From IMG/VR virus record IMGVR_UViG_3300020156_000025, positions 25,985-89,984 of that record: DNA of 64,000 bases, one strand, 5' to 3'. Under the pieces are notes generated by a model. That model ran no database searches and was not told the DNA's origin. It was given only the letters and a program-made list of their open reading frames with translations. A program made the position numbers and the translations under genes. Source of the DNA: a virus. Shown one piece after another: positions 10,362-19,265 of the stretch; positions within the stretch are counted from its first letter, which is position 1; every line of letters starts with the position of its first letter.

Positions 10362-10688
10362 ATGCCAAATCCCATTGTCTCCATCAGTCCGGTCGATGAT
10401 GCCAACGCTTGCTTGCTGCCGGTGCAGCCGGGACCGGAGAAGACATGTGCCGTGGCCGTGGCGTGCGAGGACGCATCCGATGCCGCGGTGGTGGATTTCA
10501 CGTGGGAACTCCAGTTCAAGCCCGCCGGGGCCGCGACGTGGCACGGTATCCCGGAGGAGGAGGGGGGCACGGCAACGCGGACGGGTCCGGGGCTGGTGGA
10601 GTTCAGTCCCACGCACCTGTGTGAATATCGGGTGGCGGTGACGGCGCTCGGAACCGGCGGTGCGGCGGTGTTCGTGACCACGAACTAG
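10362..10688 (+). CDS. Hypothetical protein (possible virion-associated)
   Basis: ORF in operon context. Confidence 0.5.
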   Translation: MPNPIVSISPVDDANACLLPVQPGPEKTCAVAVACEDASDAAVVDFTWELQFKPAGAATWHGIPEEEGGTATRTGPGLVEFSPTHLCEYRVAVTALGTGGAAVFVTTN

Positions 10689-10753
10689 AGGGGGGTGGAA
10701 TCGGGGCTTGGCATGATGGTCGGGATAGTCTAGGTATCCTGACCATTCAAGCC

Positions 10754-11425
10754 ATGAGACCTAACCGATGGATCGCGCTGGCCGCGTGCATGCTCGCCCT
10801 TGCGGGATGCGCGGGAACACAGAAGGTAGCCCCGCGGGTAGTGCAGGCCGAGGTGCCCAAGGCACGGGCCGTCGCGCCGGTCGCCGGAAAGGTGCGGGAC
10901 AACGCTCATGCCGTGGAGGTGTCCGCGGCCAAGGTGGAGGTGACGGCGGCGAACGTGTCGCGGGAGGCGAAGGACTTGCGCCGCATCGTGGGCTCGCTGA
11001 CGACGGAAGCGGAACGCCTGCGGAAGGTGGAGGCGATGACGGCGCAGGAGAAGGCCGACCTGTGGGCCAAGCTCACGGAAGTGTCCCGGTCCTCGGCGCT
11101 GCTGGAGTCCTACGTGGAGGAACAGAACAAGGCACTGTCGGTCCATCACGAGCAACGCAGGCAACTGACGGTGGCGATCGCCGAGCTGGAGGGGGCGGTG
11201 CGGGAAAAGGACACGGAGGTGGCGGGTCTGAGGTTGCAGCTCAAGGACGAGGAGGAGAGCGCGAAGACGCAGGCCGAGTTCGCCCGCACGGAATCGCAGC
11301 GGGCCGACCGGGAAGCGGCGAAGGCGGCGACCTCGAAAGGGACCGCGAAAGCCTTGGGCTGGGGGCTGGTAGCGGTGTCGCTGCTGCTGGCAGGGGCATG
11401 CGTGGTGATCTATCTCCGCAGGTAA
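10754..11425 (+). CDS. Candidate unimolecular spanin (lipoprotein, coiled coil, C-terminal TM)
   Basis: Lipobox LALAG-C, long heptad-like helix, C-terminal hydrophobic segment LGWGLVAVSLLLAGACVVIYL-RR; next to holin and endolysin. Confidence 0.65.
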   Translation: MRPNRWIALAACMLALAGCAGTQKVAPRVVQAEVPKARAVAPVAGKVRDNAHAVEVSAAKVEVTAANVSREAKDLRRIVGSLTTEAERLRKVEAMTAQEKADLWAKLTEVSRSSALLESYVEEQNKALSVHHEQRRQLTVAIAELEGAVREKDTEVAGLRLQLKDEEESAKTQAEFARTESQRADREAAKAATSKGTAKALGWGLVAVSLLLAGACVVIYLRR

Positions 11426-11456
11426 ACGGCTGGAGGAAACAAAACGAACCGACATT

Positions 11457-11855
11457 ATGAAATTCGACACGCTGAAATCGAACTGGCGGGAGTTGCTGGG
11501 AATCCTGCTGACGCTAGGGTTGCTGGTCGTGCTCGCCCTTGCGCTGGGATCGAGGGAGGTGGCGGGGGGTGCGCCCCCGGAACCGCTGCCGGAGGGATAC
11601 GGGGAAGGACGGCCTTACTTGGCTCTGATCCTGACGTTCCTCTTGGGGATGGTGGGGAACATGCTCCAGTTCTGCCTGTGCCTCGGGATGGCATGGTTCG
11701 GGTTGCGGGTGACGCTGCCGGAATCGGCCAAGGTGATTTTCTCCCGCACGTTCGACACGTGGTGGAAGGGGGGGACGACGCAGGAGCATATCCGGATCGG
11801 GCTGGTGGCCGCGGCGGTGCTCGCCCTTGTCGCCGGGTTGGTGTCGATCAACTGA
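11457..11855 (+). CDS. Putative holin
   Basis: Small protein with 3-4 hydrophobic segments immediately before endolysin. Confidence 0.6.
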   Translation: MKFDTLKSNWRELLGILLTLGLLVVLALALGSREVAGGAPPEPLPEGYGEGRPYLALILTFLLGMVGNMLQFCLCLGMAWFGLRVTLPESAKVIFSRTFDTWWKGGTTQEHIRIGLVAAAVLALVAGLVSIN

Positions 11856-11862
11856 CAACCTT

Positions 11863-12600
11863 TTGCAAACCGTGCAAAAACGCCTGCGACCGAATGGACT
11901 GGAGTGGTCATTGACGGTGCTCACCGCGTTGGCGTGGGGCACCTTGCTGTTGTTCCTGATGCAGACGTGCAAGGGGGCCACGGGGAACATTGCAGCGGGA
12001 CCGCTGGAAATCTCCCCGCAGGCGCATGCGCTGATCGTCAAGCATGAGACGGGAGGGGAAGCGTATTACCGGCGCTACCTGTCGAAGCCGTCTTGGCCGG
12101 GGGGTCAGAGCGGGGTCACGGTGGGCATCGGCTACGATGTGGGGTATAACACGAAGGCGCAGGTGCTGGCCGATTGGAAGCGGCTGCCGGAGGTGCAGCG
12201 GAACGCGCTCGCCACGGCTGCCGGGGTGAAGGGGGCGCTGGCCAAGCAACGTGCCCGGGGGTTGCGATGGTTCGGGGTGCCGTGGCCGCAGGCCAAGGAG
12301 GTGTTCGAGGCGCGGAGCATGCCCCGGTTCGGGGTGCTCGTGGCCAAGGCGTTCCCGGGAGTGACCACGATGCACCCGCACGTTCAGGGGGTGATGCTGT
12401 CGCTGGGGTTCAACCGGGGGACCGCGATGGCGGGGGCGTCCCGGCTGGAGATGCGGCAGTGCCGGGAGGCAATCCCGGAGAACCCGCGCGCCTTGCCGGG
12501 GTATATCCGCAGGATGAAAAGGCTGTGGGTCGGGAAGGGACTGGACGGATTGTTGCAACGGAGGGAAGAAGAAGCTTGCCTGATCGAGCGGGCCTTGTAG
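11863..12600 (+). CDS. Endolysin, pesticin/T4-lysozyme-like muramidase with N-terminal TM segment (start uncertain)
   Basis: HETGG...PSWPGGQSGVTVGIGYDVG, SLGFNRG, GLLQRREEEA. Confidence 0.8.
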   Translation: MQTVQKRLRPNGLEWSLTVLTALAWGTLLLFLMQTCKGATGNIAAGPLEISPQAHALIVKHETGGEAYYRRYLSKPSWPGGQSGVTVGIGYDVGYNTKAQVLADWKRLPEVQRNALATAAGVKGALAKQRARGLRWFGVPWPQAKEVFEARSMPRFGVLVAKAFPGVTTMHPHVQGVMLSLGFNRGTAMAGASRLEMRQCREAIPENPRALPGYIRRMKRLWVGKGLDGLLQRREEEACLIERAL

Positions 12601-12667
12601 GGTGGGCGTCGGTTTCCCGCGCCGGGGGGTGCACAAGGGGAGCCGTCCATAAGAGACTAAAGTCACA

Positions 12668-12710
12668 CCCCGCGCGCATGATCCAAGGGGAGGCATGCCG
12701 CGGGGTGTTT
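12668..12710 (+). terminator. Possible hairpin ending the late/lysis operon
   Basis: CCCCGCG-CGCATG...CATGC-CGCGGGG inverted repeat followed by TGTTT. Confidence 0.3.
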
Positions 12711-12745
12711 CGTGCCCGCGTGTCACACTCTATAATACGGCGTGC

Positions 12746-12889
12746 CGTGTAACCGCTGCTAACCCCCCGGAACCGAAAATAATCGGATTTCGCCGTCAAG
12801 TAATACTCAATGAGTTACGACGATTTATACCCCTCGTTAATGCAAACTTTGCAAAATCGACTTGCTAAACGAAACCCGGACTGTATCCT
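12746..12889 (+). promoter_or_regulatory. Composite early-promoter module, copy 1
   Basis: CGTGTAAC...TCAATGAGTTAC...TGCAAACTTTGCAAAATCGAC-TTGCTA-N16-TATCCT; same architecture at 36334 and 40838. Confidence 0.7.
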
Positions 12890-12916
12890 GTGGACACATT
12901 CGATCTGCTTCCGCCC

Positions 12917-13252
12917 ATGACTCTCGCCACTAAAATCCGCCGCCGCTTGTCCGCCCTTGAACGGGTGCTGAATCGCCGCAACCCTTACAGCCATCCTAGC
13001 TATGGACGTGCGTATGATACGTCGCTGAAAATTGGAGGAAAATTCGTTTCCCTGACTCGGCTAGGTGTTACCACTGAACTGTTCGAGGTGGGGTTCGATT
13101 ACACGGAACTCTCCGTCTATTCGGTATACGTGAAGCCCTCCGATGAGCCTCTGGCCACCAGCCAATTCATGGTGTTCGGCGCAAACACGCCATCCGAGGT
13201 TCTTTCAATCCTGAACCAATACTGGCCTTCCGCGCTCTGCCGCCCCGCCTGA
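12917..13252 (+). CDS. Hypothetical early protein
   Basis: ORF right after promoter module. Confidence 0.55.
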   Translation: MTLATKIRRRLSALERVLNRRNPYSHPSYGRAYDTSLKIGGKFVSLTRLGVTTELFEVGFDYTELSVYSVYVKPSDEPLATSQFMVFGANTPSEVLSILNQYWPSALCRPA

Positions 13253-13302
13253 TTTTTGCACACTGTTCAAAACCGCCTGAAACCCTCCACCCTCACACGA
13301 CC

Positions 13303-13575
13303 ATGCAAACGATTTCCGGATACTACGAATTGAAAGGTTCCACGTGGAACATCGAGGCCGAGGTGGAGACCTCGGAGGTGGCATGCGGGGTGGAAGCCCG
13401 CCGGGGCCGCGAAGGTGCGGAAACCCGCGACCTGACCCGCACCGCACCGACCGCCCTTGCCGACGTGACCGTCCGCCGCGTGCTGCCCGACGGGCGCACC
13501 GGGGAGATTGTCCGGGGAGAGGAAAAACAGGAACTCGCCGCCGCGCTGCTGGAGCAGCTTGCGGAAATGTGGTGA
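13303..13575 (+). CDS. Hypothetical protein
   Basis: ORF with A/C-rich leader. Confidence 0.55.
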   Translation: MQTISGYYELKGSTWNIEAEVETSEVACGVEARRGREGAETRDLTRTAPTALADVTVRRVLPDGRTGEIVRGEEKQELAAALLEQLAEMW

Positions 13576-13584
13576 CGCAAAATC

Positions 13585-13613
13585 TTGCTAAACGAAACCC
13601 GGTGCCGCATGCT
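13585..13613 (+). promoter_or_regulatory. Sigma70-like phage promoter
   Basis: TTGCTA-AACGAAACCCGGTGCCG(17)-CATGCT. Confidence 0.7.
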
Positions 13614-13657
13614 GCGCACCGTTCGCAAATCGAAACCGACCGACCAAATACCGACCG

Positions 13658-15307
13658 ATGAGTGCAAAGAGTGATTATACCGATACGATGGACGTGCATA
13701 ACCTAGCCGGGGTGGGGGTGTTCCTGACCCGGACAAGGGAACCTAACCGCACGATCGACGCCTTGCGGGAACTGGCGCAGAAGGACGGGCAGCCGTTCGA
13801 GAAGTGGGACCTCGCGATGGGGTGGCAGAAGTGGGTGATGCGCAATAACGTCATCGTGCACGAGAAGGACGGGTTGACGGAGCCGCTGGCCGCGCTCAAG
13901 AGCGTCGGGGGGATGCCGACGGGGACGCCCAAGACCGGGTGGAGCGTGATGGAGTGCATGCACCCGTTCCTAGGGGGGTATTCGGGACCGCCGAATCCGA
14001 CGATGGTGCAGGTGCTTCGGCACTATGCGTTCACTTTCGCGGAAACGGGGCAGCGGCTGGTGATCGTGGCCCCGGAGGGTTTCACGCTGCCGCAGGAACT
14101 CCAGCACGATCTGGTGGTGGTGGATTATGACCTGCCCGACAAGGAGGAGCTTGACGGAATGCTGGACGCCGCCCTTGCGTTCGCGTTCAAGGACCCCCGG
14201 CAGAGGGCGAGCGTGTTCACCGCGGAGCAGCGTGAAACGCTGGTCGGGAACGCGTCGGGAATGACCCGTCTTGAGGCGGAGGGGGCGTTCGCGGAAGCCG
14301 TGGTGCGGAACCGGAAACATTTGTCCGACCCGATCCCGAACCTGCCCTTCGAGCAGATGAACCGGGTGGTGATGAGCGCCAAGACGCAGGTGGTGAAACG
14401 CTCGGAGGTGCTGGAACTGATGCCGGTCGGGAACATGGCCGAGGTGGCGGGACTGGAGAATCTCAAGAGCTGGGTGCGCCGCCGCAAAACCTGCTTCACG
14501 AAGGCGGCGGAGGCCGCGGGGGTTGACCGCCCGAGGGGGTGCGCGCTGATCGGACCGCCGGGAACGGGAAAGAGTCTCTCGGCCAAGGCGATCGCGCACG
14601 AGCTGGGAATCCAGTTGATCCGCTTCGACGTGGGGCGGGTGTTCGGTTCGCTGATCGGGCAATCGGAACAGCGGGTGCGCGCCGCGTTGAAACACTTGGA
14701 GGCGATGGCCCCGTGCGTGGCCTTCATCGACGAGGTGGACAAGGCGGGGTTCGATCCGCGCCAAGGAGGCGGGGATTCGGGGGTGGGGAAAAGGGTGATG
14801 GGGTCGATCCTGACGTTCATGCAGGAGACCACGCAGCCGGTGTTCTGGCTGTTCACCGCGAACCGGGTATCCGGGATGCCGCCGGAGATGCTCCGCAAGG
14901 GGCGTCTGGACGAGGTGTTCGCCGTGATGCCGCCCACGTCGGCGGAACGCATGCAGGTGCTGCGCTTGCACCTTGCCAAGCGGAAACAGGACCCCGACAA
15001 GATCAAAGGACTGGAACGGGTGGTGGCCATCAGCGAAGGCTACGTCCCGGCGGAAATCGAGGCCGCGGTGAAGGAGGCCGTGGTGCGCGTGTTCGCCGAC
15101 GGGATCGAACTGACGGCGGACATCCTGTGCGAGGAATTGCAGAACATGAAACCGATGAAGGATGCCTTCCCGGAGGATTTCGCGGAGATGAACGCGTGGG
15201 CGGAGAACAACGCCCGGCACGCGTCGGAGCCGGAAACGGAACTCGCCGTGGTGATGGTGAACCCGACGCAAGGGGGAGTCCGCCGCCGCAGGGGGGGCAA
15301 CCTGTAG
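13658..15307 (+). CDS. AAA+ ATPase, Ycf46-like
   Basis: Walker A GPPGTGKS, Walker B FIDEVDK, SRH TANR...PPEMLRKGRLDE; degenerate N-terminal AAA domain. Confidence 0.9.
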   Translation: MSAKSDYTDTMDVHNLAGVGVFLTRTREPNRTIDALRELAQKDGQPFEKWDLAMGWQKWVMRNNVIVHEKDGLTEPLAALKSVGGMPTGTPKTGWSVMECMHPFLGGYSGPPNPTMVQVLRHYAFTFAETGQRLVIVAPEGFTLPQELQHDLVVVDYDLPDKEELDGMLDAALAFAFKDPRQRASVFTAEQRETLVGNASGMTRLEAEGAFAEAVVRNRKHLSDPIPNLPFEQMNRVVMSAKTQVVKRSEVLELMPVGNMAEVAGLENLKSWVRRRKTCFTKAAEAAGVDRPRGCALIGPPGTGKSLSAKAIAHELGIQLIRFDVGRVFGSLIGQSEQRVRAALKHLEAMAPCVAFIDEVDKAGFDPRQGGGDSGVGKRVMGSILTFMQETTQPVFWLFTANRVSGMPPEMLRKGRLDEVFAVMPPTSAERMQVLRLHLAKRKQDPDKIKGLERVVAISEGYVPAEIEAAVKEAVVRVFADGIELTADILCEELQNMKPMKDAFPEDFAEMNAWAENNARHASEPETELAVVMVNPTQGGVRRRRGGNL

Positions 15308-15401
15308 GAGGATTTCAACCGGGGGACGCGGGGCGGCGGTTTTCTGTAAGGGAACGTCTTTGCAAACTTTGCAGAATCCGCCCCGTCTCCCCCGTATTTT
15401 A

Positions 15402-15430
15402 TTGCTAAACGAAACCCGATACCCTAACCT
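15402..15430 (+). promoter_or_regulatory. Sigma70-like phage promoter
   Basis: TTGCTA-AACGAAACCCGATACCC(17)-TAACCT, with a TGCA box at 15359. Confidence 0.65.
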
Positions 15431-15482
15431 GTCCTTGTCGCCCGCCAAACCGCGACTTTCCACTCCAAACCGCCAAACCGCC

Positions 15483-16112
15483 ATGCCTGCGATCCAGACC
15501 CTCACGGGGGATGTCAATCTCCGCGCCGCTTCCGCCAAATGCCACGTGTGGCATGCGTCCGCTCCGGGAACCGCCACGTTCGGATTCGCGGAAGCGTTGC
15601 TCTTCGTCAACGCCCGCAACGGGAGGGGGGCGAGCACGCTGTCGATGCCCGATCCGCAGGGTTCGGTGCTTGGATTCTCCCCGGACATCGGGGGGAAGAT
15701 GACCGCCGCCGCGTATGACGTTTGCGAAGGGGAAATCCTGAAACTCATATCATCCGTGCGTTCGGGGCCGATGGCGGTGCACCAGTGCGCGACCATGTTC
15801 CTGCGGGTGCGGGCCAACGCCGCGGTGCAGCGGGTGGACATGCCGCTCTTGAACGATCCGTCGTGCAGGTTTACCGGGGGCTTCATCCAAGGACCTTTCG
15901 ACGTGCTGACGCCCGAGCAGGTGGACGCGCTGGAAGTCAAGGTGCCCGAGGCGTTCCGCCGCCTGATGATGCCGGGGCCGATGACGGAGCGGCTGTTCCG
16001 TGTCACTGTCCTGCAAGAGGCGAAGGCGGAGGTGGTGGCCGTGACCATGCGCGACGGGAAACAGGTGCAGGTGGAGACCGCCGTGCGCCGCCGCAAGCTC
16101 CGTCTCGACTGA
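15483..16112 (+). CDS. Hypothetical protein with C-terminal RRRKLRLD tag
   Basis: ORF between AAA ATPase and DUF1257 gene. Confidence 0.65.
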   Translation: MPAIQTLTGDVNLRAASAKCHVWHASAPGTATFGFAEALLFVNARNGRGASTLSMPDPQGSVLGFSPDIGGKMTAAAYDVCEGEILKLISSVRSGPMAVHQCATMFLRVRANAAVQRVDMPLLNDPSCRFTGGFIQGPFDVLTPEQVDALEVKVPEAFRRLMMPGPMTERLFRVTVLQEAKAEVVAVTMRDGKQVQVETAVRRRKLRLD

Positions 16113-16158
16113 GGACCGATTTTCAACCGTAACCAAACAATAACCAGAGCCGACACTT

Positions 16159-16650
16159 ATGAGCCATACCACATCGATCAAAACCGTGGCGATCAAAAGC
16201 ATCACCGCCGTGCGCGCCGCGGTGGAGGAGCTGAACCGCAAGGGCATCCGCTGCGAATTGCGGGAAAACTCCGTGCCGCGCATGTATTACCCGAACCAGC
16301 TACAGATGCACAAGGGGCGCAAGAACGAGATCGCGGATGCCGTGATCCATCTTCCGGGTTCGCGGTATGACGTGGCGCTGCTCAAGCAGGAGGACGGCAG
16401 CTACGAATGCGTGTTCGACGATTGGCAGAAGGAGGTGGCGAAGGTGCTGGGGCAGCCGTTCAAGGGCACCACGGAGCACTGGAGCGGAAACCGCCCGGAC
16501 ACCGAGCAGACGTTGCATTCGGTGGGGAAATTCTTGCAGGAATACTCGGTGTGCGCCGCGGTGGAAGCGGCGACGATGGCCGGGTATTCGGTGCTCGGGC
16601 ATTCGACCGATGCCAACGGGTGCGTGCAACTGCAAATCTCCGTGGACTGA
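16159..16650 (+). CDS. DUF1257 (Ycf35-like) protein
   Basis: MSHTTSIKT start, YDVALLKQEDGSYECVFDDW, QEYS...GY, ends in beta strand; typical partner of Ycf46 ATPases. Confidence 0.75.
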   Translation: MSHTTSIKTVAIKSITAVRAAVEELNRKGIRCELRENSVPRMYYPNQLQMHKGRKNEIADAVIHLPGSRYDVALLKQEDGSYECVFDDWQKEVAKVLGQPFKGTTEHWSGNRPDTEQTLHSVGKFLQEYSVCAAVEAATMAGYSVLGHSTDANGCVQLQISVD

Positions 16651-16700
16651 AACCCGCCCGCCCTTGACTCCCGCCCTCTCATCTTCCGATCCGAATTCTC

Positions 16701-16898
16701 ATGAAGACCATAACCGTTACCATTGATCAGGTAGGCCGCCCGAAAATCGAAGCAAACGGCTTCGCGGGTTGCGGATGCACGGACGCTACCCGTCCGATTG
16801 AAAACGCATTCTCCACCAATCCCGCCGACAAGGTGGTGGACGTGAAGCCCGAGATGCACCAAGGCGGGGAGATGGAACACCATCTCTACCAGCAGTAA
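16701..16898 (+). CDS. DUF2997 protein
   Basis: ITVTID..G...IEANGFAG.GC.DATRPIE...KPE. Confidence 0.8.
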   Translation: MKTITVTIDQVGRPKIEANGFAGCGCTDATRPIENAFSTNPADKVVDVKPEMHQGGEMEHHLYQQ

Positions 16899-17035
16899 CC
16901 CTTTCTCGCCCGGCCCCCCGGAGACAACACAGTGAACGCGGGGAGGGGTAACACCCTCCAGAACCCCCCGGAATCCCCCTCCCCGCTTCACCCTTCCCTT
17001 TCCCTTTTCCTTTCCACACCAACCGCCAAACCACC

Positions 17036-17407
17036 ATGAACACACAGCTTATCACGATCGCCCCGGACGGATCGATTTCCGGACTCGACTTCAAACGCAA
17101 GGGTCTCGACCTGCGACAATTCGGACACGCCGCGACGCGCCGCATCTCGGAGGTGGAGTGGGATGAGGAGCGCCAGAAATGGCGGGTGGTGTTCCTGATG
17201 GGGGGATGGGCCGGTGACGTGGCCACCGCGGAACATTGCGTGCGGGTGGGGTTGCCGCTGCCGGGGTCCGCAACGCTGGCGGACGGGGCGGTCAAGCCAA
17301 AGAACATGCTCATGTTCACCGATTATGAAGACGCGGTGGCATTTGAAATCACGATTGTGCAGGCCGCGCGCCTGTCCGGGAATGCCGCCCTTGTAGGGAA
17401 CGCCTGA
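17036..17407 (+). CDS. Hypothetical protein associated with the AAA/DUF1257/DUF2997 locus
   Basis: ITIAPDGSI...LDLRQFG..RRISEVEWD...W. Confidence 0.6.
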   Translation: MNTQLITIAPDGSISGLDFKRKGLDLRQFGHAATRRISEVEWDEERQKWRVVFLMGGWAGDVATAEHCVRVGLPLPGSATLADGAVKPKNMLMFTDYEDAVAFEITIVQAARLSGNAALVGNA

Positions 17408-17433
17408 ACTTCACCCTGAACCACATTAATCCG

Positions 17434-17622
17434 ATGAGTCCTGAACGATTTCTTACCTGCCTGAACCTGCTTATCTTCGCCGCTGCGGGGGCTACCTTGG
17501 TCTTTTTTATCCGTGATGCGAACGCGCTCGCGAGGGTGAGTCCGGAAGCGGGAAAAGCCGTGTGGTCCTTGTTCTGGTTCATGATTGCGGTTGCCAATCT
17601 TCCCTCCTACCCGCGCCGATGA
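17434..17622 (+). CDS. Small two-TM membrane protein
   Basis: Two hydrophobic segments. Confidence 0.5.
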   Translation: MSPERFLTCLNLLIFAAAGATLVFFIRDANALARVSPEAGKAVWSLFWFMIAVANLPSYPRR

Positions 17623-17993
17623 AAACGCACCTGATTCATTTCGTTCCGGAAATCGACCTGTCCTTGACCCATGCCGAAATGGCCCTGCTGTGGGCGTCGG
17701 CAAACGTTCATCCCGCCGCAAGGGAACACGCCGGGTTCTTCGGGCACATGCTGATCCGGCAGAAGGACGGGGGTGAGGCGTGCGAGCACCGGCTGACACA
17801 GGCTCAGGTGACGCTGTTGATCGAGGTGCTGGAAGGGCCTAAACTGCATGCCGACGAGGAAACCCTGAATGATCTGCACCGGCTTAAAATCGACCTTTAC
17901 GGGGCGCTGGAGGCGATGGCCGCAATGGAGGGGACGATTCCCGCCGTGGAGGCTGCACCGCCTGCGACCGACTCCTCCACCCGGAAGGGGTAA
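17619..17993 (+). CDS. Hypothetical protein
   Basis: ATGA-coupled ORF. Confidence 0.55.
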   Translation: MKTHLIHFVPEIDLSLTHAEMALLWASANVHPAAREHAGFFGHMLIRQKDGGEACEHRLTQAQVTLLIEVLEGPKLHADEETLNDLHRLKIDLYGALEAMAAMEGTIPAVEAAPPATDSSTRKG

Positions 17994-18055
17994 GAACAAC
18001 CGTTCCGGGAAACATTGCACTGACAACCGACCGAATATCAACCGACCGAACCACC

Positions 18056-18547
18056 ATGAAAATTCAACTCGACTCATCCGCACTCACGACCCTGATGGAG
18101 GCCGCGGGGCCGGAATTCATCGTCGAAATCACGCAGGCCGTGGCCGATAACTTTTCCCGCCGCTACCTGCATTCGCTGGCGTCCGCGCCCGAAATCAAAC
18201 AATCTCTGGAGAGAGCCCGGACGGCGGTGAACGATGCCGTGAGGGAGGAATTCATGAAAATGTTCGGGAGTCTAGACACCCGGACCTACCTCGGGAACGT
18301 GCGGGTGAACCTGCGACCGGAGGTCAAGGAGGCGATCCGGGGACACGCGCTCGAATGCTACCAGACCGACCTGCGCGAGGCGGTGAAGGAGGAGGTGGGG
18401 AGACTTTCCCGGGAAGTGATCGAGGACCGGGTGAACAGGCGGCTGGAGCGGCTGATGGACGAGGAGATCAACGAACGCGCGCAGAAATTGTTCAACGCGA
18501 AGCTCGCGGAATTCCGCCGGGCTGCGGATGCCGCAACCGCGACGTGA
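18056..18547 (+). CDS. Hypothetical helical/coiled-coil protein
   Basis: ORF with A/C-rich leader. Confidence 0.6.
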   Translation: MKIQLDSSALTTLMEAAGPEFIVEITQAVADNFSRRYLHSLASAPEIKQSLERARTAVNDAVREEFMKMFGSLDTRTYLGNVRVNLRPEVKEAIRGHALECYQTDLREAVKEEVGRLSREVIEDRVNRRLERLMDEEINERAQKLFNAKLAEFRRAADAATAT

Positions 18548-18594
18548 GGATTTCCCGCCGGGTGCTTGGCGGTGCCCGGAGGGGGTTGACAGTG

Positions 18595-18636
18595 GAAAGA
18601 CAAAACGCCCGGTTCCCTTTGGCGGGGAACCGGGCG
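18595..18636 (-). terminator. Intrinsic terminator-like hairpin (U-tract on the minus strand)
   Basis: Perfect 12-bp stem CGCCCGGTTCCC/GGGAACCGGGCG (18606-18636), preceded by GAAAGACAAAA. Confidence 0.55.
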
Positions 18637-18809
18637 AATTGCTCTCTGACTAACACGACTCGTGAAGGTTTGCCGGGGCGGCTCGCTGCCTGCGACACCC
18701 CGGGACCTGCAAGCGCGGCCACTCTCGGACGGGAGGGGCGGGGGAGGCAAGGCAAAATTTCCTTGAGTCGTCCGGACGGGAACATACCGTAAGGATTCCT
18801 GAATAACCG

Positions 18810-19265
18810 ATGAGAAAAACCGATTCTCGGGGAAAGCTGCCCTCCCCGGCGCAATTGCGGGCACGCGCGTGGAGAAAGAAGGCGGAGGGGTGGGCGGAGT
18901 GGCTCGATCCGGACGAGCATGCCGTGGCGATGCACGTGCACAATTGCACGGCGGGGATGACGTGCGACGCGTCGGGAATCCTCTGTCCGCACCATTTCAC
19001 GGAGGGGTTGTTTTACCATGACACGCTGATCGTGCATCCGCCGCGGATCGCGGGGTTGTGCTGGGAACGGGTGAGGGGGTTGCTGGAGACGCTGGTGCGG
19101 AGGGGGGCGCTGCACATGGAGGAGGCGGGGGACAGGGACGGGACGCATTTCTGGTTCACGCTGCGATACGGATGGAAGCCGGGGAAACGGGAACAGAAGA
19201 GGATCGCCCTTGCACGTGCGCTGGAGCGCGAAGCTTACGGGGAGAAAGGAGAAGGGGAGCGATGA
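18810..19265 (+). CDS. Hypothetical protein
   Basis: ORF coupled to initiator gene. Confidence 0.5.
   Translation: MRKTDSRGKLPSPAQLRARAWRKKAEGWAEWLDPDEHAVAMHVHNCTAGMTCDASGILCPHHFTEGLFYHDTLIVHPPRIAGLCWERVRGLLETLVRRGALHMEEAGDRDGTHFWFTLRYGWKPGKREQKRIALARALEREAYGEKGEGER

Noticed and set aside
7937-10720. Late promoters (TTGACT at 7937 and 10328)
   Set aside because: -10 elements poor and spacing inconsistent; too few examples
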